Positions 15,319 to 29,733 of a DNA stretch of 64,000 nucleotides are shown piece by piece (the stretch's first letter is position 1; the number at the start of each line of letters is the position of its first letter). The stretch covers positions 31,186,001-31,250,000 of the forward strand of contig OX597828.1 in NCBI GenBank assembly GCA_951406725.2. The letters run 5' to 3'. Origin of the DNA: Octopus vulgaris (lineage: Eukaryota). Under the pieces are notes generated by a model. The model did no database searches. It was not told where the DNA came from and saw only the letters and a program-made list of their open reading frames with translations. The position numbers were made by a program, and so were the translations under genes.

Positions 15319-15805
15319 CGGAGAAAGTAGATAAATGTGAAAAAAGGGAAAAAGATGAGTACTCAAATACCAGGGGTAGAGTAACATGCTTTATTTTAAA
15401 GCAGCACAGAGATGACAAAAGGTGTTACTCAGAGTTTCAAGTTCCCGTTCGTCAGACAGTTTTGTTAAAATAGATATGATCAAAACTAGTTAAAGGATAC
15501 CCCTTTAAAAATGGATTTGGTTCATTGGTCCTATCAAATAACGGTTTTAAGGTTTTTCCTCGATTTTTTATTAAAGGATGAATTTATATTGAATACATTT
15601 ATTTTGTTTATTTTGTTTATCACATGATTAAGACCGTTATATGAAAGGACCAATGAAGCAAATCCATTTTTAAAGGTGTATCCCTTAACTAGTTTTGATC
15701 ATATCATTATTTCTGTTCTATTTTAAAAAAACTGACCGACGAACGGGAACGTGAAACTCTCAGTAACAGCTTCTGTTATGTTTCTGCTGCTTTAAAATAA
15801 AGCAT
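15319..15805. mobile_element. Fold-back PLE-terminus element with mirrored hammerheads (15423-15458 -, 15732-15769 +)
   Basis: Arms ~15385-15545 and ~15640-15805. Consensus ugu CUGACGA acg-ggaa-cgu GAAA cuc-u-gag UA aca; each arm carries different substitutions. Flanked by (TA)n; same family as 40106-40230. Confidence 0.8.
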
Positions 15806-16731
15806 ATATATATATATATATGCTTGTGTGTGTGTGTATGTATTGTGAGTGTGTGTGTAATGATAGGGCGGGTAGCAAAAGATGATAAAAATCGTTTTGG
15901 GGATTATATTCCGTTATCGCAAACTCTGAAAATCTTTCTGTTTTTTGTGTCCCTTTATATCACTGTTATGATGCTTGGCTACTAAACATGCTGGTTTCTC
16001 TACGTAGTAAAAAAAAAAAAACAATTAAAAAATACCACGTGATATGCTGCAATTGCTTATATAAAATACCTATAAAATACCCCATACGACTATGCTAAAT
16101 ATTGAGAATAAAAATATCAGATCCTAACAAATAACTACGTTGAATCTGATTTAACATCGCCTTCAGTGAAAGAGCAGAAACTGATATTGACTTTTGCTCG
16201 ATGTACTGAAAGAGTGCATAATGCTTTTAGCGACGAATTAAATCAACATTAAATGGGAAAATAAAAGATAAAATACAGATGAACGTACACATATATTCAG
16301 TGTATTAGTGCTGTAGCTATTTTTTTTATATATGTAGGATCGAATTGCTTTCGTTAGAAAAGAGAGAAATCGAAAATAAGAGAACTTACTCCAGTTACCT
16401 TATATAATTATATTGTACACATTTGCTAGCGATAAAAATATTGAGTGTGCAATAAATATATCAACAAGTTTCATTTTATCGTTGAGAATATTTACGAAGA
16501 ACAAAATAAAATAGAGAAGAAACAATATAAGTGGGAATTTATTATATTGTCGAGAAATAAACATCTATAGTGATGTAATTAGATCAAAGAAGCGCGATGT
16601 GATGCGGCGTCTCGGAGAAATCTTATGTCAGAGATTATTCAGGAAAATGAATATAGAATTTATTTCATATATATTCATGTATGTACTGTGTGTGTGTATG
16701 TGTATGTATGGATGCGTATGTGTGTATGTAC

Positions 16732-16776
<45 letters not shown>

Positions 16777-16792
16777 TGTGTGTGTGCAAATA

Positions 16793-16985
16793 TACGAGGA
16801 GATGCTGAAAAGCTTCTAGATTTAAGAGTGGAATCACCACCTTCCAAACACTTTGACAGAGCTTACAAAACGGTGAAGTCTGTGAATCTGAGAGGGGAAT
16901 ATGTTGAATAAAATCAGAATTAACTGATCCTCCTGTATTGTGTTTTTCCTCCAAGCCAGAAACTTTATAGCAACCCCATGTGTAT
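16793..16985. mobile_element. Mariner-type MITE
   Basis: Degenerate TIRs tacgaggagatgctgaaaagc / gaaactttatagcaaccccatg with TA-rich flanks. Confidence 0.5.
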
Positions 16986-17003
16986 ACGTATATATATATA
17001 TCT

Positions 17004-17502
17004 TCAGGAAGAATTTAGATTCAGATGTATATGGTACTTAAGTTAAAGGCACCAGAATTTGGTATGGTATTATCCATATAAATCAAGTGGGGGTGATTAT
17101 AATTAAAATAAGCAACATGGATATCCAAATGTAGTGTAGTACAATCGTTTCATGCTACTTCATTTAATAAAATTGAACTTAATAGAAGACCCCTCTCCAT
17201 CGGTAAATCTAAATAACAAAGTGAACTTAGTGATAAAAAATCTGCCCATGAGTTAAGGTCTACTACCATGTTTTTATTGATGAAATTCACCTCTCTGTCT
17301 ATATACCTACCCTCTTTGCAATGTTGGAAAATGGAATAAGTATAAAAATGAACATTGTCAATTCAATTTAAAAATTCCATATGTGGCTGAAGAGTGCTCT
17401 AGATTTTAAAACTGATGTAATACTTACATTGTTTAATTAAATGAAGTAGCATAAAAGGATTGTACTACACTACCTTTGGATATCCTTGTTGTTTATTTTG
17501 AT

Positions 17503-17505
<3 letters not shown>
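17004..17505. mobile_element. PLE-terminus element with inverted arms around a ~260-bp spacer
   Basis: Arms ~17095-17168 and ~17434-17505, containing guagcau GAAA cgauug UA cuacac (hammerhead 3' half); flanked by (TA)n. Confidence 0.7.
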
Positions 17506-17548
<43 letters not shown>

Positions 17549-17549
17549 C

Positions 17550-17628
<79 letters not shown>

Positions 17629-19494
17629 TATATACATATATTCCGATCAACGGAATGGCCTGCACGAGAAATTAACACGCAAGTGACTGAGCACTTCACA
17701 GACACGTGTACATTAACGTAGTTCTCTGGGGGGTTCAGCGTAGCACAGAGTGTGACAAGGCTGCACCTTTGAAATACATGTACAACAAAAACTGGAAAAA
17801 AGAGTGAGAGAAATTTGAGATCAAAAAGTTCGCCACCAACACCCGCTAGAGCCTTGTGGATGTTTAGGTATTCTTTTGCGTTACCCCGGTGTTATGACCT
17901 ACACCCGCATTGTATTATTTGTTCCTTTCGTATGGGCAGAATCGACATAGCTGTTATAAAGTGAACTAGATTACTGGCGTAATGGAATTTAAAGTTTGTG
18001 TAAAAGTAAATTGGGAGTGTAAAATTTGTATGGGTTTGCATAAAAGTGCTTTCCGTTAAGAAGGACCACAAACAATGTAATGCCTCATCGTATAAAAAAG
18101 GGATTATTGGGATTTTGCCCCGAAATCACGCTTTCAAAATTTTAATTTCTCCCGTCCTCGCAGTAATTTCTTAATTTGTAACGTTTTTGTATTTCGTTTT
18201 TTAATCTACTTAGAAAGATAGAGATTACGAATCTGGAAAATACATATTTATTTAAAGTTTAATTTTTTCTGAAACCTACTCCTTTTTAAAATCTTAAACC
18301 TCCCAGTTTCACTTTCGTCTGTTTTTTCACACATGCGTAGAATTGTACTGAAATACCAAAGGTAAAAAGTACCAGACCATCACCAGAAAATTCTATAGAA
18401 ACAACAGGTAAACAACATTATTTCTGAAGAAGCATTTCCGCTTTCCAAAATGCTAAAAGTGATACATCAGGAGTTTGAGGTTTTTGAAAGTAGTGAGGTG
18501 ATGGGTGGATGGTCGGAAATGAGATTTGGGTGTTTCTTTAAGAAAAAAAGGAAGGAGAACATTCTTAAAGATTCGTACTTTCTGTTTTTCTTCCGTGGAT
18601 TACGAACAATAAAAATCAAAAAGAAATTGGAAAAGCGTAAAAAAAATGAAGAAATTGAGGTGGGGAGAGAGAAAATAAAAATGTTGAGAAAGTGCTTTTT
18701 GGGTGAAATCCTAATCTGTATCGTAAACATAGGACTCGGACGAAATTTAGGAAGAAAATAAGAGTGGGGTGAGGTGGATGCAAATGTTAACTCCGACGTG
18801 CTAGAAACAGCAGGTAAAGGACAGTATTTCTGGGAAAACTTACTTTCAAGTTTATATGGATACCGAAACACATGAGCATATATACGCACACAATTTACTC
18901 CACACAAGGACACATATGGCGACAACGGTCCACACATTTAGAGATGCACATCCATATATACAAGCATGGTACATAGTTGCAAATAACAGACAGACAAACA
19001 TGCACACACATGGAGATATATACATATACAAACACACGCTCACACACACATACATATAAAATATACAAACGCGGACATGCAAGCACATGAATATGCAGAA
19101 TACATACTTACAGATGCACACATATGCATAGATATATACATATGCATACACACACATATATATATACATACATACACACACGTACATACACACATGCATA
19201 CATACGTACATGCATGCATGCATAGGTATACACACACACACAATGACCCACACACATGCGCACAAACAAAGAAAAAGGAACGCAGTGTAAATAACGGACA
19301 GAGTCAAGACTATTGAAAAGGTTGCAAGACGTAACGGAAATTTTAGGAAAATCAAAATAAGAAATAAGTGGAAATTGTACCGGTGAGTGCGTTAAATTAT
19401 AAGGCACGAAAAGATAATGACTCTCCCAAGACTCAACACAATATGCTTCAACAGATGAACTCACAAAAAGTATATGGCAAAACAAATCCAAAAA

Positions 19495-19646
<152 letters not shown>

Positions 19647-21834
19647 TATATATATGTATGTGTAGTGGGAAAGATGGCAGAAACACTCTTGTTGGCTCAT
19701 ATTAGATGAAAGTTGTATTACTGGCGATATACCTTAGGGATGTATGACGCAGCAAGTTTTGCATGTGTCACTAATTCATAATTTGGTGTTTCCTTGAAGT
19801 GACGAGTATATATTGCTCCCACCATCGACGGTTAATTGCCAAAATATTATCGATGTGGGGATATTTGACGTGTAAGGTTTTGTAACTGAAGATAAGCAAT
19901 GGTCTAGTGGTTCGTTGCAATTCTTGAAGTGGAAATGTAGGAAATGTATATCGCCATTATTTTGCTTCGTTTGATCGCACATTAAGCCCTAACATAAAAT
20001 ATATTTCTTTCTGATTTGAGCGTGGGGGGGGGGGTCATTTACACCAACTTAGCACTCGACTTGTGCATTTTTGTATCGACTCTGGAAAACTGAAAGACAA
20101 TTCCGACTTTGATGGAATTTCATCGCAGAACACAACGTCATACGAAATGCTGCTAAGCAGATTACGCAGCATACTAACAAATTTGGGAGCTTATTGCCAA
20201 AGTTTCAGACATTAATGAAGCCATAGTTAACCTGTTTTATTTTCAGAAACGGACAAGATAGGTTTGCTGTGACGGAAATTGTTTTGGTTTTTCCCACTGG
20301 TTTAGCAGTTAATACAATTAGCATATAAAAAAAGTGTATAATTTCTATCTTGCATATACTTGAGACATCTGATCTGTGCATATCCAGGAACAAACGCATT
20401 TTATTAATATTTATATATTCTTTATCAAGATCATATTAACCTGATGTTCATTATCCTTATTCACTTTAAACGATATGCTTCGCTTCGTTGTATTTCTCAC
20501 AGCCTGTGGGTAAATTGTTAGGACGTTATGGTGTTATTTTTATAAAATTTTCTATTATAATTGCCAATTATGGATTTCAATAGGATAAAAATATGGCGTT
20601 AAAGAAAACTATGGATAAAAAATGCCTGACATGACCATTAAAAGCAATATATTATATTTATAATAACAATTCAAATCTAACAATATATCATTGGTGTCTT
20701 AAATTTCAAGTTAATGTTAGTAATATATATATTTTACTGAGATGGATCCTTCATCTATATACATATCATCTCATTTGTAAAGTTTGTACAGCATTTGAAT
20801 AAAGGAATGTGCGCGAGAATAGAGACAACACTTCTCTGAAATGTAGCTGTAATTTCACGTATGTTGAAACTCTTGAATAATTTGCTTTGAAATATCATTG
20901 ATACGAAGAGAAAACTACGATTACTTTGAAATGATTGCCTTGTAATATTTGCATTGAAATTCGTCTGAGTTTTCAAAATAAAGATATACATAAGATGATT
21001 ACCGTCACAATATTAAGTCAGTCCAAGTACCATGCAAACCAGTTTGCATTTACCTAATATAAAGTACTTATTTTCCCTTTATTATAGAGGGTTGCTGAAA
21101 TCTATGTGTCAGGTATGTACGCTTGTTATTGAAATAGCAACTATTTTATTAATTTACACTAATTTATTCCATTCAATGAAGCTATTAAGAAATGAACGAA
21201 ACATTGCTTTTTGGTAGTGTTACGATGCGTGCAATTTTTCTTTCATTTTGGGTTTCCTTTATTCTATGTTTTTTCTAGCAACATTTGATGACGTATAAGC
21301 TATTCCTAAAAGAAAACCATTTGAAAGAGTAGAACTAAGATAAAATGTATTGTGTATCTACCATCGCGAGTTTAACCTTTAAGTTAAATTCCGCGCATGA
21401 TTTCGTTCGTTTAGAAAAAATGAAATTCCTCGTTCACTTTTTACCGTAAAAATAAACCTTTTTACAGCACTTAAATTCCGCAGCTGATTTTAGATTTGCT
21501 ATTTCAAAAGGTCGTTTCAGAATATAATGTTGTATTGTGAGCATTAAAAAAGCCTTATATGAAGTTAACAGTATAAATGCTTGCGCTTTTTATTCGCTAT
21601 GTTTTAGTAGCACCACAATTACAGATACCTAAAGAATTGAAAAATGTTATTTAACGTTTTACATACCATCAACACAAAAAAAATATTCCATACTTGCAGT
21701 CAAATCTACGATTCTAGAACTAGTAAGTTATCACTGTTAAAACACAGACCTAATTAATTGTTTCACATCCTGACACAGGCCGAATATGTACATATGTATG
21801 TGTGTGTGTGTGTGTTGATACTTTGATACTTTTC

Positions 21835-22345
21835 GGCCCAGGCTATCTCTAACTTTATAGCACCACATGATGAAGCCATTAAAATCAGAAATCTGACAAC
21901 AAGGTCCATGCTTGTAGAGAGCTATTGTTTATGGAGACATAGCCGGGTGTAGGAGGTTTATACGGGATTTCTTGAAGGAATCTGTCTAAAGACTTCTTGA
22001 ACTTTATGGGGTCTGTTTCTGCTTTAATGTGTTTTGGTGTAGTGTTAAAGAGAGCAGCGCCTATTGAAGTGAAATAATTCTGCCGTATTGTTGTTATGTG
22101 ATGCGAGTATGATTTATTTTGTGGGTGGATAACCTGGGGCCCCAGCCTTGAGTGTATCTTAAAGGTAACGCCAAAATCAGTTCAGCAATGCTGATGGAAT
22201 ATTTCCACATCATGCAGATGATGTAGAGCCGACTGCGGCGTTGAGCTTTTCTAATCGACTCCAATAGTCAAGGCCTGTCGTACCATCTATCTTTTTTTGT
22301 AATTGATCTTTGAGGTGCTTCAACTTTGATGATACTTTTTTCTTC
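21835..22345 (-). mobile_element. Non-LTR retrotransposon (CR1/L2-like) 3' fragment
   Basis: GLDYWSRLEKLN...NYFTSIGAALFNTTPKHIKAETDPIKFKKSLDRFLQEIPYKPPTPGY. Confidence 0.75.
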
Positions 22346-25300
22346 ATTTCGGAAGACCACAGTGGACAACAATATTCAATATGAAGGAATATGATATTCG
22401 TATATCCACGTTATTATGCAATAGCTCGAATACTCTCTGTAATTTTGCAATTTATCAGCAAAAGGAATCTAATAAAGCGTAATTCGTCAGCTGTTTCATA
22501 GTATGAATATGTCTCCATTTATATTACATGGCAGTTTCGCGTTCGTTTCACTAGTGAGATTAATTCAAGACTTGGATACTTTGCAGTCGTTTAATAACAT
22601 AATTAGTTTTGTAAACCGGAACATTGTATAATATAAAAATGATTCTCGATATGTTACTTCACCGTAATTTCTCGTATCCATCCCTTTCTTTAAAAGCCTA
22701 AATTTGATTTCAATGTACATCTAAATTTGCATTACCATACCTTAAATATTGTTTTTCAAGAGATAAATAACATACTGAGGCCGCGACGAAAACATTCATT
22801 TCCTGACTACTATCAGCAAGGTATTCCTGTCACGACCTCTAAATATTTATACCAACTATGTTTGGATTACATTTAATATATAAGTATTGTTGTAAAATCG
22901 ATCGAAGAAACACAAAAAGTATAATAAGGGAAAATTAGATAACGACATGTCTGAATAATGAATATGCCTGAATTTATAACATGAAAATATGATAAAGTTA
23001 TTTCAGACAGAAGAATATATTAGGAAAACTAAATATCGTGGGAAATACGCAATTTACTTGCGATATATTAATAAAGAATTAAGGATGTCAAAATGAGTTC
23101 ATCGTTAAATTGTAACAAAGATGATATAAAGATAAGAGATCTTAAAATTTTATTTACACGTTATCTGCATAATAATTAATTTAACATATCGTCATAAATA
23201 TTATTTAACATATCGTTATATATATTATGAGGAATTAAGCAATCTGGCGCCTTTCAAATTTAATCATGAAGAATGTATCAGAATAACTATCAGAGTAGAA
23301 TTTAACCAAATCTAGAGAAACACTGTATATGTGCTCTGCATGCTAGGAATAACCTCCACAAAAAACCCAGCCGATTTCACAACCGTTTATTGCTTGAAAA
23401 AAGACGTACTATGACCATGTCTGTAGCATTGAAGTATAGTCCTGGCTGAGTGGTGATGAACAGACTTAGAAACTCATATCGATGACTGATTACAGCTGCA
23501 ATGTATATATATATGTATACACACAGACAGACACACACACATACACCCATACACACACATATATAATTATGTGTGTGAATATCTATGTTTAAATTGATGG
23601 ATTGAGAGAGAGTGACACAGGAAGAGGGAGTGATAGACCCTATATGAATAGAGTTATACAGATAATCTAAGCCACGATAACTTTGTAAATCACAGTGAAA
23701 TATTTTTGCTCCGAAAGATGTGAGAAACAATATACATACATGGATACTTGAATTAAGTAAACATACTCAACGTGAAAATAAGATAGATCATGATGTACTG
23801 TACATTGAGTTTCATTTTTATATTCCTTAATTATACTTAAGGTAAATCAACGATCAATATTTCATTATTTGACTCTTCGAAATAAAATTTGAAAATACAA
23901 TATAATATAATGGAATAAAATAATATATACAATTGTCTGCTATAATTCAATAGCTAGAGAATTTACCTTTCATCCACTTCATGGAAGCAATATCTTAAAC
24001 GAATGATACTTTGCGACAATATTTTGTAGCAAGCCTTTAGATAATATTACAAATTTCATCAGATTAGACAAATTTCATTAAATTATCTTTCATAGAACAG
24101 GTCTATGTTTATTCGTTTTTTCAGTTGTTTGGCTTAGTACTTGTAAATTTTTACAATCTGGACCTCAGGCATCTCGAAAGATGATTTCACAACGTGTCTT
24201 CGGTTTACTTTTCCAACATATGTCAATATTGTTCCCACGCAGAGTAGGGAAATATGTGTAACGTCGATGTGCAGTAAATTCCAGTCCGAGAGTAGTTATG
24301 AAGACACATAAACGACTGTAATTATATTTTGCCAGTGGTTGTGGTAGACAAACACACAGATAAAGACACACACATACATATGTAACTATGTTTGCATGTT
24401 TATGCCTGTGTTTCTGTGTGTTTATGATTGAGCTCCACACAGCTTCTACCAAACTCACAGGGCGAACCGGGGCTATAGAAGAAGACACTTTGCTAAAATC
24501 CAACGCAGTGAAAATGACACCAAACTCACCTACCTGTAAAGCAAGCCTTTTAAACATACCAATGAGAATATAATCGGATGTTCGCTGCCTGAACGTTTGG
24601 TCGTAATGCATTGAAATGTTTTCACAAAGAATGCACAAACATCAACGAAATAAATTGGGACGATTATTAAGAAAGGGATTCGGAAACTACGTGAATCTCA
24701 AGTTTACTCCAGGTTTGATTCTGTAAAACACTAGCGTGTGAATAATTATGGCGAGCATTTCTGCACTTGACTTTAAAAAAAAAATAGTGAAGTTATATTT
24801 GCAATAAACGAAGTATAATGAGATTTGCATGGACGTGTACAAACTTGGGTAGATAAAATCGAAGGGAACAAACAAAAAAATCGTAATAACGGGAAGGCAT
24901 CGGAGAATCGACAAAAGTAGAGTTAAAATAATGTTACAAGTGGAAGTGTGAAAATTTGAGATAAAATATTGAAAGTAAAACAACAGGCATAGGTATGACG
25001 ACGATGACGACGGCATTCATGATTGTGAGGAAGATGACGATGACAACGAACATGATGATGATTGTGAAGACGATAGTGTTATGATGACGACGACAAAGAC
25101 GACAAATAGAAAGACAACAACGATGATGATGATGTTGAAGATAGTCATCCTGTTCATGATCACAATCTCATGACTGCGATGCAAAGTAGAGAGACAATGT
25201 ATAAGAAGAGATCGTATATTATAATCGAGAAACACATGATGACAAAGATAAACTCTAAAAGCAAAAAGAAGATAAATAAAACACTGCTGCATATCTCATA

Positions 25301-25803
25301 CGAAATACCTGCGGCTGAAATTATGACAGAGTGAAGTATGCACAACAGCAAGAGTTACAGCGTAAAGAAACAATTATTTTTTTCACTGTTCCGAAGGATT
25401 TTAAAACCCAAAACAGAGGATATGTAAATTAGGTTTACTCGGTATTTCAGTTACAAAAATATTGAAACCGTATGAACAAGTAAATTGAATTCTGAAGTTA
25501 TTATATTATTATAATCTCAATAAATTTTATATACAGTATGATGTAGCAATTTTATTTTGACGTAAGGGAATAAATTATAAAAGTTGGTAAAGTCTTGAAA
25601 TATGAGATGTGTTAGTAGTTGCATTATGCGTATACACGTACAGAAATAGATACACGCACACACATAAATCTATTCATGCTTTCTTTTTAATACAATCACA
25701 TATATAAATATATAGAGACTTATAACTAAGCGTATATATACGAATACTTATTTGTTCATTTATTTATCGATCAAAAAAATTCTTTCTCTCTCTCTTTCTT
25801 TCA

Positions 25804-25864
<61 letters not shown>

Positions 25865-25867
<3 letters not shown>

Positions 25868-27450
25868 AAATATATATTGTATTTTAGCTTGTATGATAGA
25901 TCTCGTCGAGAGAAATCTATCCATGTTACTTATGTGCAAAACTATTCGGCAGAAAAAAGGGACTGAGGTAAGAACCGGCAAAAACAAATAATAAAAAAAC
26001 CGAGGGAGATTAACGCCTGAAATCGATTTTGACTACAAATATTATTCGTATTTCAAAAGAGAACTATATTGAAATTCGACTTTTCTGCTAGATCTCCATA
26101 TATATGTATATATATATATATATACAATTTCAATTAAAAAATCTACTGAGACCAAATGTGCTGAGACAATTGGTAACGTCTAAAATCAAATTCATAACCT
26201 AAACATTTTTTTTTACCTCATATGATAAAACTCATCAAAACGAACATCGTGTGCTCATCGTTTCAAAAAATTTCATCCACGCACGATAGTGTGTGAATAA
26301 TATTCTTAAGGTCAACATTTACTCACCAGACTTTGTCACTTAGTTTTTATGCAAAATAGCAGTTGTTTACAATTTTAGATTGGTCACATCGCAAGACACA
26401 TTTCGAGGGTAACTGTTTGAAAACTTGGTTGAGTAGAGAAAAAGTTTGAATCAAATACGTGAGGATGAATAACTCCTGAAATCGACTTTGAGCTCAAATA
26501 TTTTAAAAATAAATATATATTTTATTTTAGCATATATGATAGATCTCGGCGACAAGAATTTATCCGTGTTAATTATATGCACAAATATTATGTAGAAAAA
26601 ATGTACGATATAAAAACCGACGAAATATAAAATTCGGAGATGATTAACGCCAGAAATCGATTATCACTCCAAATATTATTCCTCTTTCAAAAGACAACAA
26701 TATTTAGGTTTTGCTTTTCTGATAGATCTCGACTACAGGAGTCCCATGAAGCAAATTATATAAAAAAATAAATAAAAATGAATTTTAAAGTATACTGTGG
26801 CCAAATGTGCCGCAAACAGTGGTACGCATACAAACAAATTCAAAACCTAACCATTCTGATTTAGTGTAAAGATTCTGTTTTTGTTTTTGATTGGACTCAT
26901 CAAGACAATTGCTGTGGTACCAATCTTTTCAAAAATATTCAAAATGAAATAGTTATATATTCTAAATGTGCCAAAATTGCGCAAAACTATTTTCAAGTAG
27001 TATTATTAATTATTACAGAATTAAGACAACAAGCTGGCAGAGCCGTTAACACGCAGAGTGGGAAGTTCGTGCCATTTCGTCTGTCTCTACATTCTAAGTT
27101 CAAATCCCGCCAAGTTTAGTTTTTCGGTACTCGATAAAAGGCGTATCAACTGAGCACTGAGATCAATGCAATCAAAGTACATCCCTTCCGAATTTGATTG
27201 CCTTCTGCCAAAATTGGAAACCAGTTTTGCAGTATGTGTGATTCAATTCAGTATGTAGATATCTTGCAAAGATCTACCTCATATTCATAGAATACACTCT
27301 ACTGTAATAAATATCATTCACATACGGCAGTGTGCGAATACTATTCTTAAGGTCAACATTTACTCACTCTTGACCACGCCTAGGCTTTGTCACTTATCAG
27401 ATTTTTATCACATTTCATGCTATTTCTACATTTTTAGATTGGTCACCTCC
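25865..27450 (+). repeat. Imperfect tandem duplication (~530-bp unit and a longer second unit); second unit interrupted by a SINE B at ~27025-27225
   Basis: gatagatctcg...gattaacgcc.gaaatcgatt...tattcttaaggtcaacatttactcac...ttttagattggtcac occurs at 25865-26395 and again at 26512-27450. Confidence 0.75.
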
Positions 27451-28739
27451 TTAGCTACATTTTGAGCTACAAAACATGAAATTTGGCTCACTAGAAAATA
27501 ATTAGAGATTACATATATAGTAGGTCAAAACGGGAGTATAACGCATGAAATCAATGTCAGGGTTATACACGCGACGCTGCATACATACTTTCTTAAATAC
27601 ACAGACGCACACACATCCATCCATCCATGCAACATACATACATGCATACACGCACACACACACACATACATACGTACATAACCACATACTTATTGCAGAA
27701 AAAATGTTAGTGAGGTTGAAAGTTTAAAAATGTTCACCTAATCCGAAAACAGGCTTTAGAAGCTGGTATTTCCTGCCTGATAGGTGTATATCCCAAAATG
27801 AAAGAAAAATCAGTAGAGGGGGGAATTTTTATTAAACAAACGTAAGTAAAGCACTACGACGACCAAAGTTGTAAGAACTTCTGAAAATACATTTAATAAG
27901 TTTTTGTCTTTTTTTTCCTTTGCTTTCAAACTTTAATTCAGTATTAAAAGTAGCAGAATTTAGATTATTATTTCTTGGGGTAAATTGACAAAATGTTTGC
28001 TTTTAGATATTATGATTGGCTTTTCGGAGTAGCAAGATGTAGATATTTTTTTCAAGTAAGTTGACAAAAAATATAGCTGAATTGCAGGCTTTATTTTTAT
28101 TTTGCATGAATTTTGACTAACAAACTAACTTTGCCCTAACAAGTGCAGGTAGCTCCACTTGCCTTCCGGTAAATGCATTGACTATCTTTTGCATTTAAAA
28201 AAATTTATATTCGCCATGGTTTCACTATTCATATGATCAAATTTTCTTCATAGTCTATAGTTGATATATTCTCATAACTCTTATTGCTAGCACTTGTTAG
28301 TATACAGAGTTATTGCAAACTTATTACTTGATTTTTTTATCAAATTAGTATTATATTATTCACTATTATATAGAAAATAATTTTAGATAATGAATTTTCT
28401 TTTTCCGAGCGTTCATATTATGTACTTGGTTTCAGTATAAAATATATGCAATGAAGATATAGGAACCAATATCTTGAACAATTCTAATTATATTTCTTAT
28501 TATAGTAAAAAAAATATTAATTTTAAAGGAAATAAATATACAGGCAGATTTCATTGAATTCAAATATTTTTTTAAAACAGTATATTTAATAGATTTATTG
28601 CCTTGCCTAGAAAAATGTTTTCTACAGTAGAATTTGTCATGTTTTAGGCATTGAGCAATCCCTCTCTTTACACTGTATGGATGGTGGGAGTTGATGTTGA
28701 AGTATGGTCCAGCAATGAATATAAGTAGCGAACGGGATA

Positions 28740-29330
28740 GCCTCTAGGAAGAAATTATCAAGCTCAATAGCAATCTATTAAGCAACAACTACTCCAAAAG
28801 CATACTCTCCATTCCAGTTATGAAGGAAAGTGAGGATGAAACCGATAAGCTCTCGACAGTCTGTCTACCCTATGTGAAATGCCTCTCCGAAAATATAGAA
28901 AAGATATGCGGCACATATGACATCAGTATAATATTCAAATGTATTACAACTCTTCGCAAACATCTGCTTCGAGTAAAACCACCAACAGAAGAGAATACGA
29001 CTAAGAACTGCATGTACTCCATCACATGCAGCCGTGGTATGTTATACAAAGGCGAAACATACCACCCACTCAAAATAAGGCTAGAGGACCATTGCAAAGC
29101 TGTGACACGGGGAGATATTAATAAATGGGTTATAGCTGATCAAGTATACAAAAATGGAGACCACCTACCCCTCTGAGAGGAAGTTCCAATAATAGACAGA
29201 GAACACCACTGGAAAATACGAAAACTAAAACAAGCAGCAGATATGCTAGGACAGAACAACCTCCAAAACAGATCGAGTGCAGATATAAACAGCGTACGGG
29301 AACCGGTATTAAGGAAGGACAAGAGAATAT
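28740..29330 (+). mobile_element. Penelope-like element, decayed GIY-YIG 3' region (Penelope/Poseidon-type)
   Basis: LPYVKCLSENIEKI...KNCMYSITCSRGMLYKGETYHPLKIRLEDH...IADQV...IIDREHHWKIRKLK. Confidence 0.85.
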
Positions 29331-29344
29331 TAGATAATTGCCCA

Positions 29345-29468
29345 GGAGCATATGGTGTAGTGGTTAAGAGCGCGGGCTACTAACCCCAAGATTCCAAGTT
29401 CGATTCCCGAATAATAATAAAAAAAAGAAAATAATAATAATAACAACAACAACAACAACAACAACAAC

Positions 29469-29538
<70 letters not shown>

Positions 29539-29733
29539 GCAACAATAATAATAATAATAACAACAACAACAACAACATCGAAAAATACTTTAGGAATGAG
29601 AATCCAGCTTCGAAATTTTCCCAAGACACCTGATGAAGACTGGAGGCTATATTAGCTGAAACGTTGAGTTAACAAATATCCATCAATTGTAAATAATGTT
29701 CATAATTCCCCATCTCGTAAATATAGAACTCTA
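29345..29733 (+). mobile_element. tRNA-like head + (AAT/AAC)n + hammerhead (29626-29669) at the PLE 3' end
   Basis: Head ggagcatatggtgtagtggttaagagcgcgggctactaacccc...gttcgattcc (A/B boxes); then acac CUGAUGA a gacug...uagcu GAAA cg UU gagu. Second copy at 53295-53648. Confidence 0.75.

Noticed and set aside
24990-25145. Asp/Ser-rich ORFs
   Set aside because: Degenerate (GAT/GAC)n trinucleotide repeat.
29345-29410. Functional tRNA gene
   Set aside because: No complete acceptor stem; it runs into a microsatellite and recurs as part of a repeat.
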